A stretch of 64,000 bases of DNA from Turneriella sp. (lineage in GTDB: Bacteria > Spirochaetota > Leptospiria > Turneriellales > Turneriellaceae): assembly GCA_965279515.1 (NCBI GenBank), contig CBDIID010000003.1:608001-672000 (forward strand). Direction: 5' to 3'. A program made the translations under genes and the position numbers. Under the pieces are notes generated by a model that was not told the origin of the DNA, made no database searches, and worked only from the letters and a program-made list of their open reading frames with translations. This document shows, piece by piece, positions 23,121 to 32,294 of this stretch; the stretch's first letter is position 1, and every line of letters starts with the position of its first letter.

Positions 23121-24038
23121 TCAGATTTTTGCGGCGCGCGCCGCTAAGCCCCGTGCGACGCGGCTGGTCTCCGCATCGTTGCAGAGCGCCAGGCTTAATT
23201 CCCAAAGCCTGTCCTGGGCCGCGCGATCCAGGATATCCGCGTTTTCCTTTATCTCGCTATAAGCATGCTTTTTCCAGGTGAACAGCTTACCGGATTTCTC
23301 CAGGCTGTTGTTCTGCGCTTCGAGAAATAACGGCGCCATTTCTCTGCCGCAGTCTTCAATGGAAATAAACGTTCCGAAAAATTTCATGAGCCGGGCCATG
23401 AATTTCATGCCTTTCGGGATGATATTCAGCTGATTCGTCCAGACGGTCTTGTGAATATGGTAACTAATGAAGGCCGGCGGCTTTTGCAACGGTGCGTACA
23501 ATGCATGCAGCTTGTGCATCAGCATGCGCTTGGCGGCCATGCCCTGAAAGATTCCCCGCTCAAAGTTCCATTTCTTTTGCAACTGGAGGTCATCCCAAAA
23601 GATCTGCCCGTAGTTTGTGGCGTTGAAAATAATACGCCCCCCGGTTGTCGAACTTTCCAGTAAGGGCAAGAGGTTGAGCGCCAGCATGAACTGCGAGAGG
23701 TAGTTCACCTGAAAATGCGCATCCATACCATCTTCGGTCTCGATGCGGCGCGCCGCATAGCCGAGCCCCGCATTAATGAAGAGGGCGTCGAGAGACTGAT
23801 GTTTTTTGCGCAGCTCGCCGACCGCAGCCCTGACATCGCTGAGTTTCATGAGGTCGCATACGATGAGGGATGTTCTCGTGTTCCCGGTGCCGCTTTCGAT
23901 TTCGCGGAGTACCGTTTCGCCCAGGGTTTTTGACCGGCAGAGCAGGATCAGCTCATGGCTGTGCATCTCGGCGGCGGCGAGAATTTTGGCCACTCCCTTA
24001 CCCATGCCGTTGCTCGCACCCGTGATCAGGATCTTCAT
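23121..24038 (-). CDS. Short-chain dehydrogenase/reductase (atypical)
   Basis: ITGASNGMG, INAG and FQVNYLS motifs; catalytic YxxxK appears altered (MAAK). Confidence 0.85.
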   Translation of the reverse strand: MKILITGASNGMGKGVAKILAAAEMHSHELILLCRSKTLGETVLREIESGTGNTRTSLIVCDLMKLSDVRAAVGELRKKHQSLDALFINAGLGYAARRIETEDGMDAHFQVNYLSQFMLALNLLPLLESSTTGGRIIFNATNYGQIFWDDLQLQKKWNFERGIFQGMAAKRMLMHKLHALYAPLQKPPAFISYHIHKTVWTNQLNIIPKGMKFMARLMKFFGTFISIEDCGREMAPLFLEAQNNSLEKSGKLFTWKKHAYSEIKENADILDRAAQDRLWELSLALCNDAETSRVARGLAARAAKI

Positions 24039-24250
24039 AGATTATTCGGTCGATAAATCTTTTATACTCTGGCAAGAGCAAAACACAGTCGTATGAAAGT
24101 CCCGGCGTGATAAGGGTATTTCGGCGGTGGAGTATTCCCTAGGCGACTGCGGCGTGGCCCGGCACATGCCCCCTCGCGTTAGCCGAACCCTGGCCTGATC
24201 CGTCGCTGGAAATAAAAAACAGCAGGAAAAGTGAAATTGTTCCCACATAG

Positions 24251-24275
24251 AAAAAAAAGGCCGGCAAAGCCGGCC
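24251..24275 (-). terminator. Rho-independent terminator following the tRNA-like 3' end (also at 25774-25800)
   Basis: Minus strand GGCCGGC-TTT-GCCGGCC followed by T8. Confidence 0.8.
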
Positions 24276-24282
24276 CCGGTCG

Positions 24283-24340
24283 TGCGTCCCGAGGGGAACC
24301 CGCCAGTGAACCTGAATGGGAGGTGGAGGTGCCGCTATAA
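24283..24340. mobile_element. Junction J1: att-like site, left boundary of the accessory array
   Basis: TGCGTCCCGAGGGGAACCCGCCAGTGAACCTGAATGGGAGGTGGAGGTGCCGC; related to six other sites. Confidence 0.7.
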
Positions 24341-24392
24341 AGGCAGATGCGATTTTTGTTGATTTTTTGATCCCATTTAGCCCATTGAGCGT

Positions 24393-24596
24393 ATGTCAGC
24401 TAAGGCCGAGCTAGTATCCTATTTAGAAACCTTGCCGGACGAACTTACGACAGCCGATCTATTGTACGAAACCTATTTCTTTCACGGTGTTAAATCCGGC
24501 TTAAATGACATCGAAAACGAAAAGACCCAGTCACATGATGAAGTCATACGGAGACATGAAGCGTGGCGAAAATCTCGTGGTCTGACTTCGCCTTAA
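24393..24596 (+). CDS. Putative antitoxin
   Basis: 67 aa, LETLPDE...GLNDIENEKTQSHDEV; overlaps the toxin gene. Confidence 0.8.
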   Translation: MSAKAELVSYLETLPDELTTADLLYETYFFHGVKSGLNDIENEKTQSHDEVIRRHEAWRKSRGLTSP

Positions 24597-24880
24597 ATCA
24601 TCTGGAAGAAATCCGCGACGACCTTGCCCGGTATTCTCTTCAGGCAGCAGATCGCACCTATTCGGGTATTGTGGAACATGTCGGCCTCTTAAGTGCGAAT
24701 CCTTTGCTCGGTAGAACAGTTCCTGAATTTCCCGCAAGCCCCTTGCAAGAAATTATTCATGATGATTATCGCATCGTTTATAGAACCGACGCTGACATGG
24801 TCAGAGTTGTTTTTATCGCTCACGGCAAACGCGATCTGAGGAAGTTTCTCAGGATGATGATCGATACACAGAACAATTGA
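24563..24880 (+). CDS. RelE/ParE-family toxin
   Basis: ISWSDFALNHLEEI, GRTVPE, YRIVY and HGKRD motifs. Confidence 0.88.
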   Translation: MAKISWSDFALNHLEEIRDDLARYSLQAADRTYSGIVEHVGLLSANPLLGRTVPEFPASPLQEIIHDDYRIVYRTDADMVRVVFIAHGKRDLRKFLRMMIDTQNN

Positions 24881-24917
24881 GCGGACGAATGGCTAAACTT
24901 TGCTTGAGATGAACTCT

Positions 24918-25046
24918 GGTTCGATTCCCCGACGGGGTCAGTGACTTATTGACCTAAAACAATAAAAAAGCCCAAAGATGAACCAATGAAATCAAGGGTT
25001 CACCTTTGGGTGAACTATGCGTCCCCTAAGGAATGCCGTTCGAACC
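24918..25046. mobile_element. End module and junction J2
   Basis: GGTTCGATTCCCCGACGGGGTCA, hairpin CCCAAAGATGAACC/GGTTCACCTTTGGG, then TGCGTCCCCTAAGGAATGCCGTTCGAACC. Confidence 0.7.
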
Positions 25047-25063
25047 GTCTTGTTTAAGTAAGG

Positions 25064-25231
25064 TTATTTACCTGTTTTCGCCTTTTTTTTAGGTTTTATT
25101 GTCCGGACAACGAAACGCGTATTTGTTTGTTTCGCCAGTTTGCGTGCATAGGCTGTCGCCTCGCGAAGGGATTTATTGATAGCCACATTTTCCGGGCTCA
25201 AGGGCTTTGATTTAAGTGCTTTTGCTTTCAT
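25064..25231 (-). CDS. Small basic protein coupled to the zeta-like ATPase
   Basis: 55 aa (MKAKALKSK...); start overlaps the upstream ORF end. Confidence 0.6.
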   Translation of the reverse strand: MKAKALKSKPLSPENVAINKSLREATAYARKLAKQTNTRFVVRTIKPKKKAKTGK

Positions 25232-25733
25232 GATCACTCGTTTCCAGTAAACGCATTGGAGCAGGACTACTGTCATATATCTTCCATGAGTCGGCAAGTT
25301 TTTTATAACTCGGCAGGTTTTCCAAGCCACGAATAAACCGCCTGCGAATAACATCGGCAGGAATATTGTGACCGCCTTGTTTGACCCGCTGTCTGACACG
25401 TTCGATGGCAAAATCCGCATTCGGAAGACTCAGGAAAATTATCTCCACGTGATAACCTTTCTTCTTCCAGCTATCGATCCGCCGTAGGTAATTCTTTGCT
25501 GACAATGTTGTCTCAAAAGCAAAGCTCACCTTTTGCTCCGCCAAATGGCTCATCTGCTTGAGTAATATACGTCCCGCTTCGACTGCAGCAAGCTCCGGCT
25601 TTAAAGGGGCAATACCTGAAGCCAAAATATCAGCATTCAGGTAATGCTTTATGTCCGGATAGTTCTTGAGAAAGAATTTTGCAAACGTCGTCTTGCCTGC
25701 CCCGTTTGGTCCCGCAATGATGAAGACCTTCAT
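25212..25733 (-). CDS. Zeta-toxin-like P-loop kinase / predicted ATPase
   Basis: IAGPNGAGKTT, NAD, FETTLS and RVRQRVKQGGHNIP..IRRRF motifs. Confidence 0.88.
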   Translation of the reverse strand: MKVFIIAGPNGAGKTTFAKFFLKNYPDIKHYLNADILASGIAPLKPELAAVEAGRILLKQMSHLAEQKVSFAFETTLSAKNYLRRIDSWKKKGYHVEIIFLSLPNADFAIERVRQRVKQGGHNIPADVIRRRFIRGLENLPSYKKLADSWKIYDSSPAPMRLLETSDHESKST

Positions 25734-25917
25734 TGTGCCCAGAAGGTCAGGACTACAACTTTACATTGGCAACAAAAAAAAAAGGCCGGCAAAGCCGGCC
25801 CCGATCGTGCGTCCCGTGGGGAACCCGCCGGTGAACCTGTGTGGGAGGTGGAGGTGCCGCTATAAAGGCAGATGCGATTTTTGTTGATTTTTTGATCCCA
25901 TTTAGCCCATTGAGCGT

Positions 25918-26121
25918 ATGTCAGCTAAGGCCGAGCTAGTATCCTATTTAGAAACCTTGCCGGACGAACTTACGACAGCCGATCTATTGTACGAAACCTA
26001 TTTCTTTCACGGTGTTAAATCCGGCTTAAATGACATCGAAAACGAAAAGACCCAGTCACATGATGAAGTCATACGGAGACATGAAGCGTGGCGAAAATCT
26101 CGTGGTCTGACTTCGCCTTAA
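25918..26121 (+). CDS. Putative antitoxin (second copy)
   Basis: Protein identical to 24393..24596. Confidence 0.8.
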   Translation: MSAKAELVSYLETLPDELTTADLLYETYFFHGVKSGLNDIENEKTQSHDEVIRRHEAWRKSRGLTSP

Positions 26122-26405
26122 ATCATCTGGAAGAAATCCGCGACGACCTTGCCCGGTATTCTCTTCAGGCAGCAGATCGCACCTATTCGGGTATTGTGGA
26201 ACATGTCGGCCTCTTAAGTGCGAATCCTTTGCTAGGTAGAACAGTTCCTGAATTTCCCGCAAGCCCCTTGCAAGAAATTATTCATGATGATTATCGCATC
26301 GTTTATAGAACCGACGCTGACATGGTCAGAGTTGTTTTTATCGCTCACGGCAAACGCGATCTGAGGAAGTTTCTCAGGATGATGATCGATACACAGAACA
26401 ATTGA
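26088..26405 (+). CDS. RelE/ParE-family toxin (second copy)
   Basis: Protein identical to 24563..24880. Confidence 0.88.
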   Translation: MAKISWSDFALNHLEEIRDDLARYSLQAADRTYSGIVEHVGLLSANPLLGRTVPEFPASPLQEIIHDDYRIVYRTDADMVRVVFIAHGKRDLRKFLRMMIDTQNN

Positions 26406-26442
26406 GCGGACGAATGGCTAAACTTTGCTTGAGATGAACTCT

Positions 26443-26589
26443 GGTTCGATTCCCCGACGGGGTCAGTGACTTATTGACCTAAAACAATAAAAAAGCCCAA
26501 AGATGAACCAATGAAATCAAGGGTTCACCTTTGGGTCTCCTATGCGTCCCGTGAGGCACCCATCGGTGAACCTGAGTGGCAGATTGAGG
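26443..26589. repeat. End module and junction J4; direct repeat with 39563-39708
   Basis: About 146 bp near-identical to 39563-39708. Confidence 0.9.
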
Positions 26590-26845
26590 TGCCGCTCGCG
26601 TGATGCAGCTAATTTGGAAGCCGACAACTTCATTTTTATCTGACCCCAGAAATGGATGGACTCCCGTTTGTTGAGTCAGCCTACGCCGGGGCATACGTTT
26701 ACCTAATACTGACTCAAAATAGTCTAACCCTACTCATATCGGCCCCTACAGGTAATAGAAGCATAACTTCCCGGTTTGTTAACGTAAGAAATCATATGTT
26801 GCCCCTTAAGGTAATCTTGAATCAGACCGGAAATATGTTGCCACT

Positions 26846-29800
26846 TTGAGAGATAAACTACTGCCTGACCGCCGCTTGCAAAATATAAGTCGCCATATCA
26901 TTATTCCACGCTTGCGCTTTGTTGCGAAGTGGGTTGCGTTTTTTACCTTAACATCCGGGTATTGGCCTTTGTTCAGCGCGGTCGACATTAATGAGTCGAC
27001 CACTTCCGTAGACATACACCCTGAGATATTCGTCGCCGAAGACGCGGCGAAGAGATTGTCAATCGCAGATGTGCTGGCCGGCAAGCTGGATTTTCACTTG
27101 ATTCAAGGCCAGACTGTAGCCCCAGGATTTACCAAAAGCGCGTACTGGGTAAAGTTTCCGTACAGCCTCACGGCGCTAAAACAATGGATTCTCGAGCTTG
27201 AATGGCCGCACCTTGAATACCTGGACTTATACATATATGACGGCCAAACACAAATTAAGAGCCGAATGAGTGGTTACATGCGCGCCCCTTCGGCTCGCGA
27301 CTATCTGAATCGAAATTTCATCTTTGACCTACCTAAGACAGACGGAAAAAGGTTCGATGTTTACATTCGCTTCGAATGCCAGGTGCCGCTGATCGTCCCC
27401 ATTGCAATAAGAACGCTCGGCGACACCTTTATCAAGAATGCTGCTGAAAAAATGTTTTATGGATTTGTATTCGGTGTTATCGGGATTATGCTTTTGTATA
27501 ATTTTTTTCTTTTCTTGACCTTGCGCGACATCAATTATCTTAATTATGTTTTCTTTTCGCTCTGTTTCGCCGGTTACAGTGTTGCCGTGAGCGGCTATCT
27601 TCGGGAATTTTTACCCGATTATCCCCGAGTAAATCTCTACGGTGTACCTGCGGTGGTGTCATTGGTGTGGCTCAGCAATTACTGGCTTGTCCGTACGTTC
27701 CTGGAATTGAAGAGTCGTAGCAAAACACTCTACTGGATTTATACGGCAGGCATCCTGATTTCTCTTTTCGGTTTTCTTCCTGCAAGCTTTATCTATCCAT
27801 TTCACACCGACATACTGCTGGATTTTCATTCATTGATTTCAGGGCTATTACTCCTAATCTCTTCGGGGTATGTCTGGCTGCGCGGCCACAGGGCCGCTCG
27901 TTATATGTTCTTGGCTTTCATCTCCTGGATCAGCGGCATGATTTTGTTGCTGGCGCGCAATTGGGGGCTTCTACCGCACAATTTTTTTACCACGCATGCG
28001 CTCCAAATAGGTTCGTTGCTCGAAATGTCGTTATTCTCACTCGCCCTCGCCGATCGCATTAATATCATCAAAGCGGAACGGGAACAAGCGCAACGTGGCG
28101 CGCTGGAGAGCGAAAAGAAAGCAGTTGAAAGCCTGAAGAAAGCGGAGGCAATCAAGGATACTTTTCTAGCGCACACGTCTCATGAATTGCGGACCCCTCT
28201 ACAGGGTATTATGGGCCTAACGGAAACAATTTTAGCTCAGACCGGCGATGTCACAATGCGCGAAAACGCGGACCTAATCATGCAAAGCGCTCGCCGCTTA
28301 TCGAATCTGATCAACGATATTCTTGACTATTCACGCATGAAAGAGCACGACATCATGCTCAATCGGGCCGATCTAGACCTTGGGCTACAAGTCAATAAAG
28401 TTATGCGAAGCCTCGAATTTGCGTCCAGGAGTAAAGGGGTTCCAATCTTCAACAACATTCGCACTGGTACCGTCTTCGTGAGTGCGGACGAACAGCGGTT
28501 ACAGCAAATTTTGTTCAATCTGATTGGGAATGCTCTGAAGTTTACGACAATCGGCTCTGTCAGTATAGAGGCAATGGAAGAGAGCGGGCAGGTTTCAATC
28601 CACATACGCGACACGGGTCGAGGAATTCCAGCCCCGAAAATCGAAGGAATATTCCAAAGGTTTGGTCGAGTCGACGATAACAATACCGACGGCACGGGGC
28701 TTGGTCTTACGATCACGAAAAGCCTGGTAGAACTCCACGGTGGAAGGATCCACGTCGAATCCATAGTAGATCGCGGCTCAACCTTTACGTTCAGTTTACG
28801 TTCGGCGCAAAGTTGCGGAGAACTGGCACCATCAGCAGAAATTCAAGCTGCAAATGCCACCGTAAGACAGGTAGCGATAAAATCGAAATACGTGCTCATC
28901 GTCGACGACGATCCTTTTATTTTGCGGAGTACTTCAGAACATCTGCGTCGCCGCGGCTTCGAGGTGGCTACCGCGCACGACGGTGCCTCGGCGCGTAGTC
29001 ATTTATTAGAAGGGGAAATCCCCCCCATACTTGTGGTATTAGATCTAATGTTGCCCGACGTTTCGGGTATTCAACTCTGTCGCGAATTTCGGGAAAAATA
29101 CGCCGCGAAAGACTTGCCGATTCTAATGCTGACAGCGCGCACTGAATTTAGGGATTTTCTTAGCGCAGCAAACGCGGGCGCAAACGATTATCTGACCAAA
29201 CCATTTGAAACTGCCGACTTGTTTCTGCGGATCGATAATCTTCTGACGCTGGCTACATTGCGCAGAGACCTGGAGACAACGGAAAGCCAGTATCTACGAC
29301 GGGTTTATGAAGACATGCACGACCATCTCGGCAGCTTGCTGACTGATATTTCGGTAATGACTGGTCAGCTACGCGAGGGCGAACATTTCGATTCGGCCGT
29401 CGTTCGGGAATTACAAAAGCAGAGCGCCTACGCGCTGCGAATTCTGCGCGAGCGTCTGCAAGCAATGGCCGATCAGGCCGAGCTGACGAAAGATTTTTTC
29501 GGCAGCCTAAACGCACAACTGTTGAGGCGGTACATAAACGCCGGGCGAACCTTGCGCTTCACCATTGAAAAAGAAGTATCGCCTCAGCTTATGCGCGAGG
29601 AAAATATGCTACTGCGCAGGGAGATCTATTTGCTCGTCAGCGAAATTGCCACGAATGACCTTAAATACGGTGTGAACGAGGCCGTTTGGTCGTGGTGGTG
29701 CGAGTCCGCGTTGCTTTGCCTAAAAATTACGACGCATAGCAATTATAACCCGACGATTCAAAAAAGAGGATTGGGTACGGCCAGCATCGCGAACCGCATG

Positions 29801-29905
29801 GCGGCGGTGGGTGGAAAGATTAGCTACGAATTGCGGGAAACTCTGCTCGACATAAGCGTTGAATTCCCCATGATTGCTCAGGAAACTTCATCGTTCCCTA
29901 TCTAA
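26846..29905 (+). CDS. 7TMR-DISM hybrid sensor histidine kinase
   Basis: DISMED2, 7TM, SHELRTPL, NALKFT/DTGRGI/GTGLGL, REC (DDD, DLMLP), then a degenerate HisKA_3-like DMHDHLG; start uncertain. Confidence 0.9.
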   Translation: MRDKLLPDRRLQNISRHIIIPRLRFVAKWVAFFTLTSGYWPLFSAVDINESTTSVDIHPEIFVAEDAAKRLSIADVLAGKLDFHLIQGQTVAPGFTKSAYWVKFPYSLTALKQWILELEWPHLEYLDLYIYDGQTQIKSRMSGYMRAPSARDYLNRNFIFDLPKTDGKRFDVYIRFECQVPLIVPIAIRTLGDTFIKNAAEKMFYGFVFGVIGIMLLYNFFLFLTLRDINYLNYVFFSLCFAGYSVAVSGYLREFLPDYPRVNLYGVPAVVSLVWLSNYWLVRTFLELKSRSKTLYWIYTAGILISLFGFLPASFIYPFHTDILLDFHSLISGLLLLISSGYVWLRGHRAARYMFLAFISWISGMILLLARNWGLLPHNFFTTHALQIGSLLEMSLFSLALADRINIIKAEREQAQRGALESEKKAVESLKKAEAIKDTFLAHTSHELRTPLQGIMGLTETILAQTGDVTMRENADLIMQSARRLSNLINDILDYSRMKEHDIMLNRADLDLGLQVNKVMRSLEFASRSKGVPIFNNIRTGTVFVSADEQRLQQILFNLIGNALKFTTIGSVSIEAMEESGQVSIHIRDTGRGIPAPKIEGIFQRFGRVDDNNTDGTGLGLTITKSLVELHGGRIHVESIVDRGSTFTFSLRSAQSCGELAPSAEIQAANATVRQVAIKSKYVLIVDDDPFILRSTSEHLRRRGFEVATAHDGASARSHLLEGEIPPILVVLDLMLPDVSGIQLCREFREKYAAKDLPILMLTARTEFRDFLSAANAGANDYLTKPFETADLFLRIDNLLTLATLRRDLETTESQYLRRVYEDMHDHLGSLLTDISVMTGQLREGEHFDSAVVRELQKQSAYALRILRERLQAMADQAELTKDFFGSLNAQLLRRYINAGRTLRFTIEKEVSPQLMREENMLLRREIYLLVSEIATNDLKYGVNEAVWSWWCESALLCLKITTHSNYNPTIQKRGLGTASIANRMAAVGGKISYELRETLLDISVEFPMIAQETSSFPI

Positions 29906-29909
29906 CCAG

Positions 29910-30530
29910 CTATAGATTAAACTTTTTCATCAACTGAATGCGCGAATGTACGCCGAATTTCTTGTAGATATGCTTGATGTGCGTCCGCACGGTATCGAAC
30001 GTAATGCCGAGTTTGTGAGCCACCTGTGTCGCACTCGCCCCGGTCGATAGTTCTTCCAGTATGTCTCTTTCGCGGGGCGTCAATCCATCGAGCTCGGTAT
30101 TACGTACGGGCGCGCCTTGTTTCATCACGCGGAAAATTCGCAGGGCAATGACCGGCGATATGGAACCTTTGCCTTCCGCTACATCTTTGACAGCTTTGCC
30201 CAACTCGCCGACTTCAGATTTGGCAATATAGCCGACCGCCCCGGCGGAAAGCCCGTCGAGTATGCTGGATTCATCCGCCTGATTGGTCAAGATCATGCAA
30301 TTGAGGTCAGGTATTTGACCCATGATTTCATAGATGAGCTTTATGCCCTCGGGTTTCGGCAGATTCAAATCGACAATCAGGACATCGAGGTCCCGTACGA
30401 CACCCAGTTGCTGCCGCAGCTTCTCGGCGTCCTGCCACGTAAAGACTTCGCTGCCAGGCATTTGATCCTTTAAAATTTGCGTCACCTGCTTTAGAAATTT
30501 CCCGTCGTCATCAATTATTCCGATACGCAT
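29910..30530 (-). CDS. NarL/LuxR-family response regulator
   Basis: REC domain (IDDD, VDLNLP) plus LTPRE...TVRTHIKHIYKK HTH. Confidence 0.92.
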   Translation of the reverse strand: MRIGIIDDDGKFLKQVTQILKDQMPGSEVFTWQDAEKLRQQLGVVRDLDVLIVDLNLPKPEGIKLIYEIMGQIPDLNCMILTNQADESSILDGLSAGAVGYIAKSEVGELGKAVKDVAEGKGSISPVIALRIFRVMKQGAPVRNTELDGLTPRERDILEELSTGASATQVAHKLGITFDTVRTHIKHIYKKFGVHSRIQLMKKFNL

Positions 30531-30607
30531 ACTTTTCCACAAACCTTGGCACACTTCGCAGATCTTCTCTAATCTGGCATGTCATTAATTACCACGTGGC
30601 AGGGGTT

Positions 30608-30667
30608 CTGTCCATACCCCAGATGGGGGAGAAGTGGCGCCCAGTGGACCTCGCCCAATTGGGGGAT
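30608..30667. promoter_or_regulatory. Two palindromic CCC(C)AATTGGGG-type operator sites in the divergent promoter region
   Basis: ATACCCCAGATGGGGGAG and TCGCCCAATTGGGGGAT; the motif recurs at 32238 and 35220. Confidence 0.6.
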
Positions 30668-30737
30668 TTACTTCGTTCTAAAATTAACTTAGGCATAGAC
30701 GGTGCAGTAAAATTTATGAACTATCAGGAGTCCGAGT

Positions 30738-32216
30738 ATGCAGAGAACACTCTTAATAATTTTGATCACTATTTTTCTTGTCACATGCGGAAAAACTGGC
30801 AACGAGAATACAGCAGCAGGTACAACGGGACCGGATACCACACCGCCAACGTTAGTCTCTTCAATCCCTGCGAACACCGCAACGGGCGTGGCTCCGTGCA
30901 GCGGCAACCCGTGCATCGGTAAAATTACACTCTCGTTCAGCGAGAGCATGGATACGACGTTTTCTCAGACTTTAACTACCGAGATAAGTAATAATAATGC
31001 CGGCACGACCTATGCAAGCGCACCGAACAATGGCACAACGTTTACCTGGAGTACGACCACATTTAGCAACGACACACTCACGATCAACATTAGCTGGCAC
31101 TGGTTTCCTGAGAATTCGAAAATCCGCTACACTGTCACGGCTGCGGGGATCAAAGATTTGGCAGGCAATGTGATTGGGGCTGATGTGCAGCGGACCTTCA
31201 CAACAACCGCACCACGACCAGGATTTGCCATCGCCGATACGGGCCAAACGCAATGCAGCTCGGGTGCTTCGGGCAACAACACCATGGCAGCCTGTCCGCA
31301 AACAATTACAGGCCAAGACGGAAATTCTGTCGATAAACCCGTGGCACGCAGCTTTACGGGCCCCACGCAGTATGGTGTCACGGGGAACTACACCACTACT
31401 GACAATGTTACCGGACTTGTTTGGGCTTCGTGCAGCGAAGGCCTTTCGGGCGCGACCTGCGCCACAGGCACGGCATCGACGCTGGTATGGACTAACGCAA
31501 TCAACCAATGCGCGGCGCTGAATGCAGCCAACTCCGGTGTCGGTTATGCAGGTAAGACAACATGGCGGCTACCGACTTCAATGGAGTTGGAGTCAATACC
31601 CAATTTGGGAACCTCGTCGCCCGCAATCGACGTGGCATTTTTTCCGGGGACAGTTTCCTCGACTTATTGGTCATCAAGCACCAATGTCGCCGCCGCGGCT
31701 GATGCCTGGCATATTAACATGAGCGACGGTCGCTCTTACATTGCAACGAGTAAAACAACGAGCAACCCGGTCCGTTGCGTTGCCGGTGCTTCGGCAGGTC
31801 CGGGCACAGTGCCTGCTTATACTGACAATGCCGATGGCACCGTGACCGATGCCCGGATAAGCCTGCGCTGGCAAAAGTGCAGTAACGGGCTCAGCGGGAT
31901 TTCTTGCGGTACTGGCACGGCGACGCAAAGCACTTGGGTGAATGCGATTGCCTATTGTCAGGGTCTAAGCCTCGCAAGCAAAACATGGAGACTTCCTTCA
32001 AAAAATGAACTACTGAGTCTCATGGATCGAAGCAAGTCAAGCCCGGCTATCGACACGACGTATTTTCCTGCGACAGTTGCATCCGCTTATTGGTCTTCGA
32101 GTACCTATATTCCGTCTGGTGGTAATGGTGGTTGGTTCGTTGGCCTAAACAATGCATCGGGCAACGGCACTAAGACGGATAACAACTATGTGCGTTGCGT
32201 GACGGACGGATCGTGA
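30738..32216 (+). CDS. Lipoprotein with Ig-like domain and two DUF1566 (Lcl-like) domains
   Basis: LVTC lipobox, DTTPP..FSESMD..KDLAGN; TDNVTGLVW..WRLPT..YWSS..VRCV occurs twice. Confidence 0.88.
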   Translation: MQRTLLIILITIFLVTCGKTGNENTAAGTTGPDTTPPTLVSSIPANTATGVAPCSGNPCIGKITLSFSESMDTTFSQTLTTEISNNNAGTTYASAPNNGTTFTWSTTTFSNDTLTINISWHWFPENSKIRYTVTAAGIKDLAGNVIGADVQRTFTTTAPRPGFAIADTGQTQCSSGASGNNTMAACPQTITGQDGNSVDKPVARSFTGPTQYGVTGNYTTTDNVTGLVWASCSEGLSGATCATGTASTLVWTNAINQCAALNAANSGVGYAGKTTWRLPTSMELESIPNLGTSSPAIDVAFFPGTVSSTYWSSSTNVAAAADAWHINMSDGRSYIATSKTTSNPVRCVAGASAGPGTVPAYTDNADGTVTDARISLRWQKCSNGLSGISCGTGTATQSTWVNAIAYCQGLSLASKTWRLPSKNELLSLMDRSKSSPAIDTTYFPATVASAYWSSSTYIPSGGNGGWFVGLNNASGNGTKTDNNYVRCVTDGS

Positions 32217-32237
32217 TGCATACACTGCGGGTCTAGC

Positions 32238-32255
32238 ATCACCCAATTGGGGTAT
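32238..32255. promoter_or_regulatory. Palindromic operator-like site
   Basis: ATCACCCAATTGGGGTAT upstream of 32295. Confidence 0.55.
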
Positions 32256-32294
32256 TGATGAACTACCTTAAATAGGTTATGTCGACACCATTGT

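Larger units (their letters stand above)
24251..25025. repeat. Direct repeat copy 1 (about 775 bp, TA cassette)
   Basis: Near-identical to 25776-26550 (offset 1525). Confidence 0.95.
25776..26550. repeat. Direct repeat copy 2 (includes J3 at 25808-25865)
   Basis: Near-identical to 24251-25025; most differences lie in the junction sequences. Confidence 0.95.

Noticed and set aside
24918..24940. Intact tRNA gene at the GGTTCGATTCCCC sites (also 26443, 39563)
   Set aside because: No D-arm, anticodon arm or complementary 5' acceptor strand upstream; only 3' fragments
24283..26603. Classical integron attC sites
   Set aside because: No clear RYYYAAC...GTTRRRY inverted cores and no IntI in the window; the sites look tRNA-derived instead
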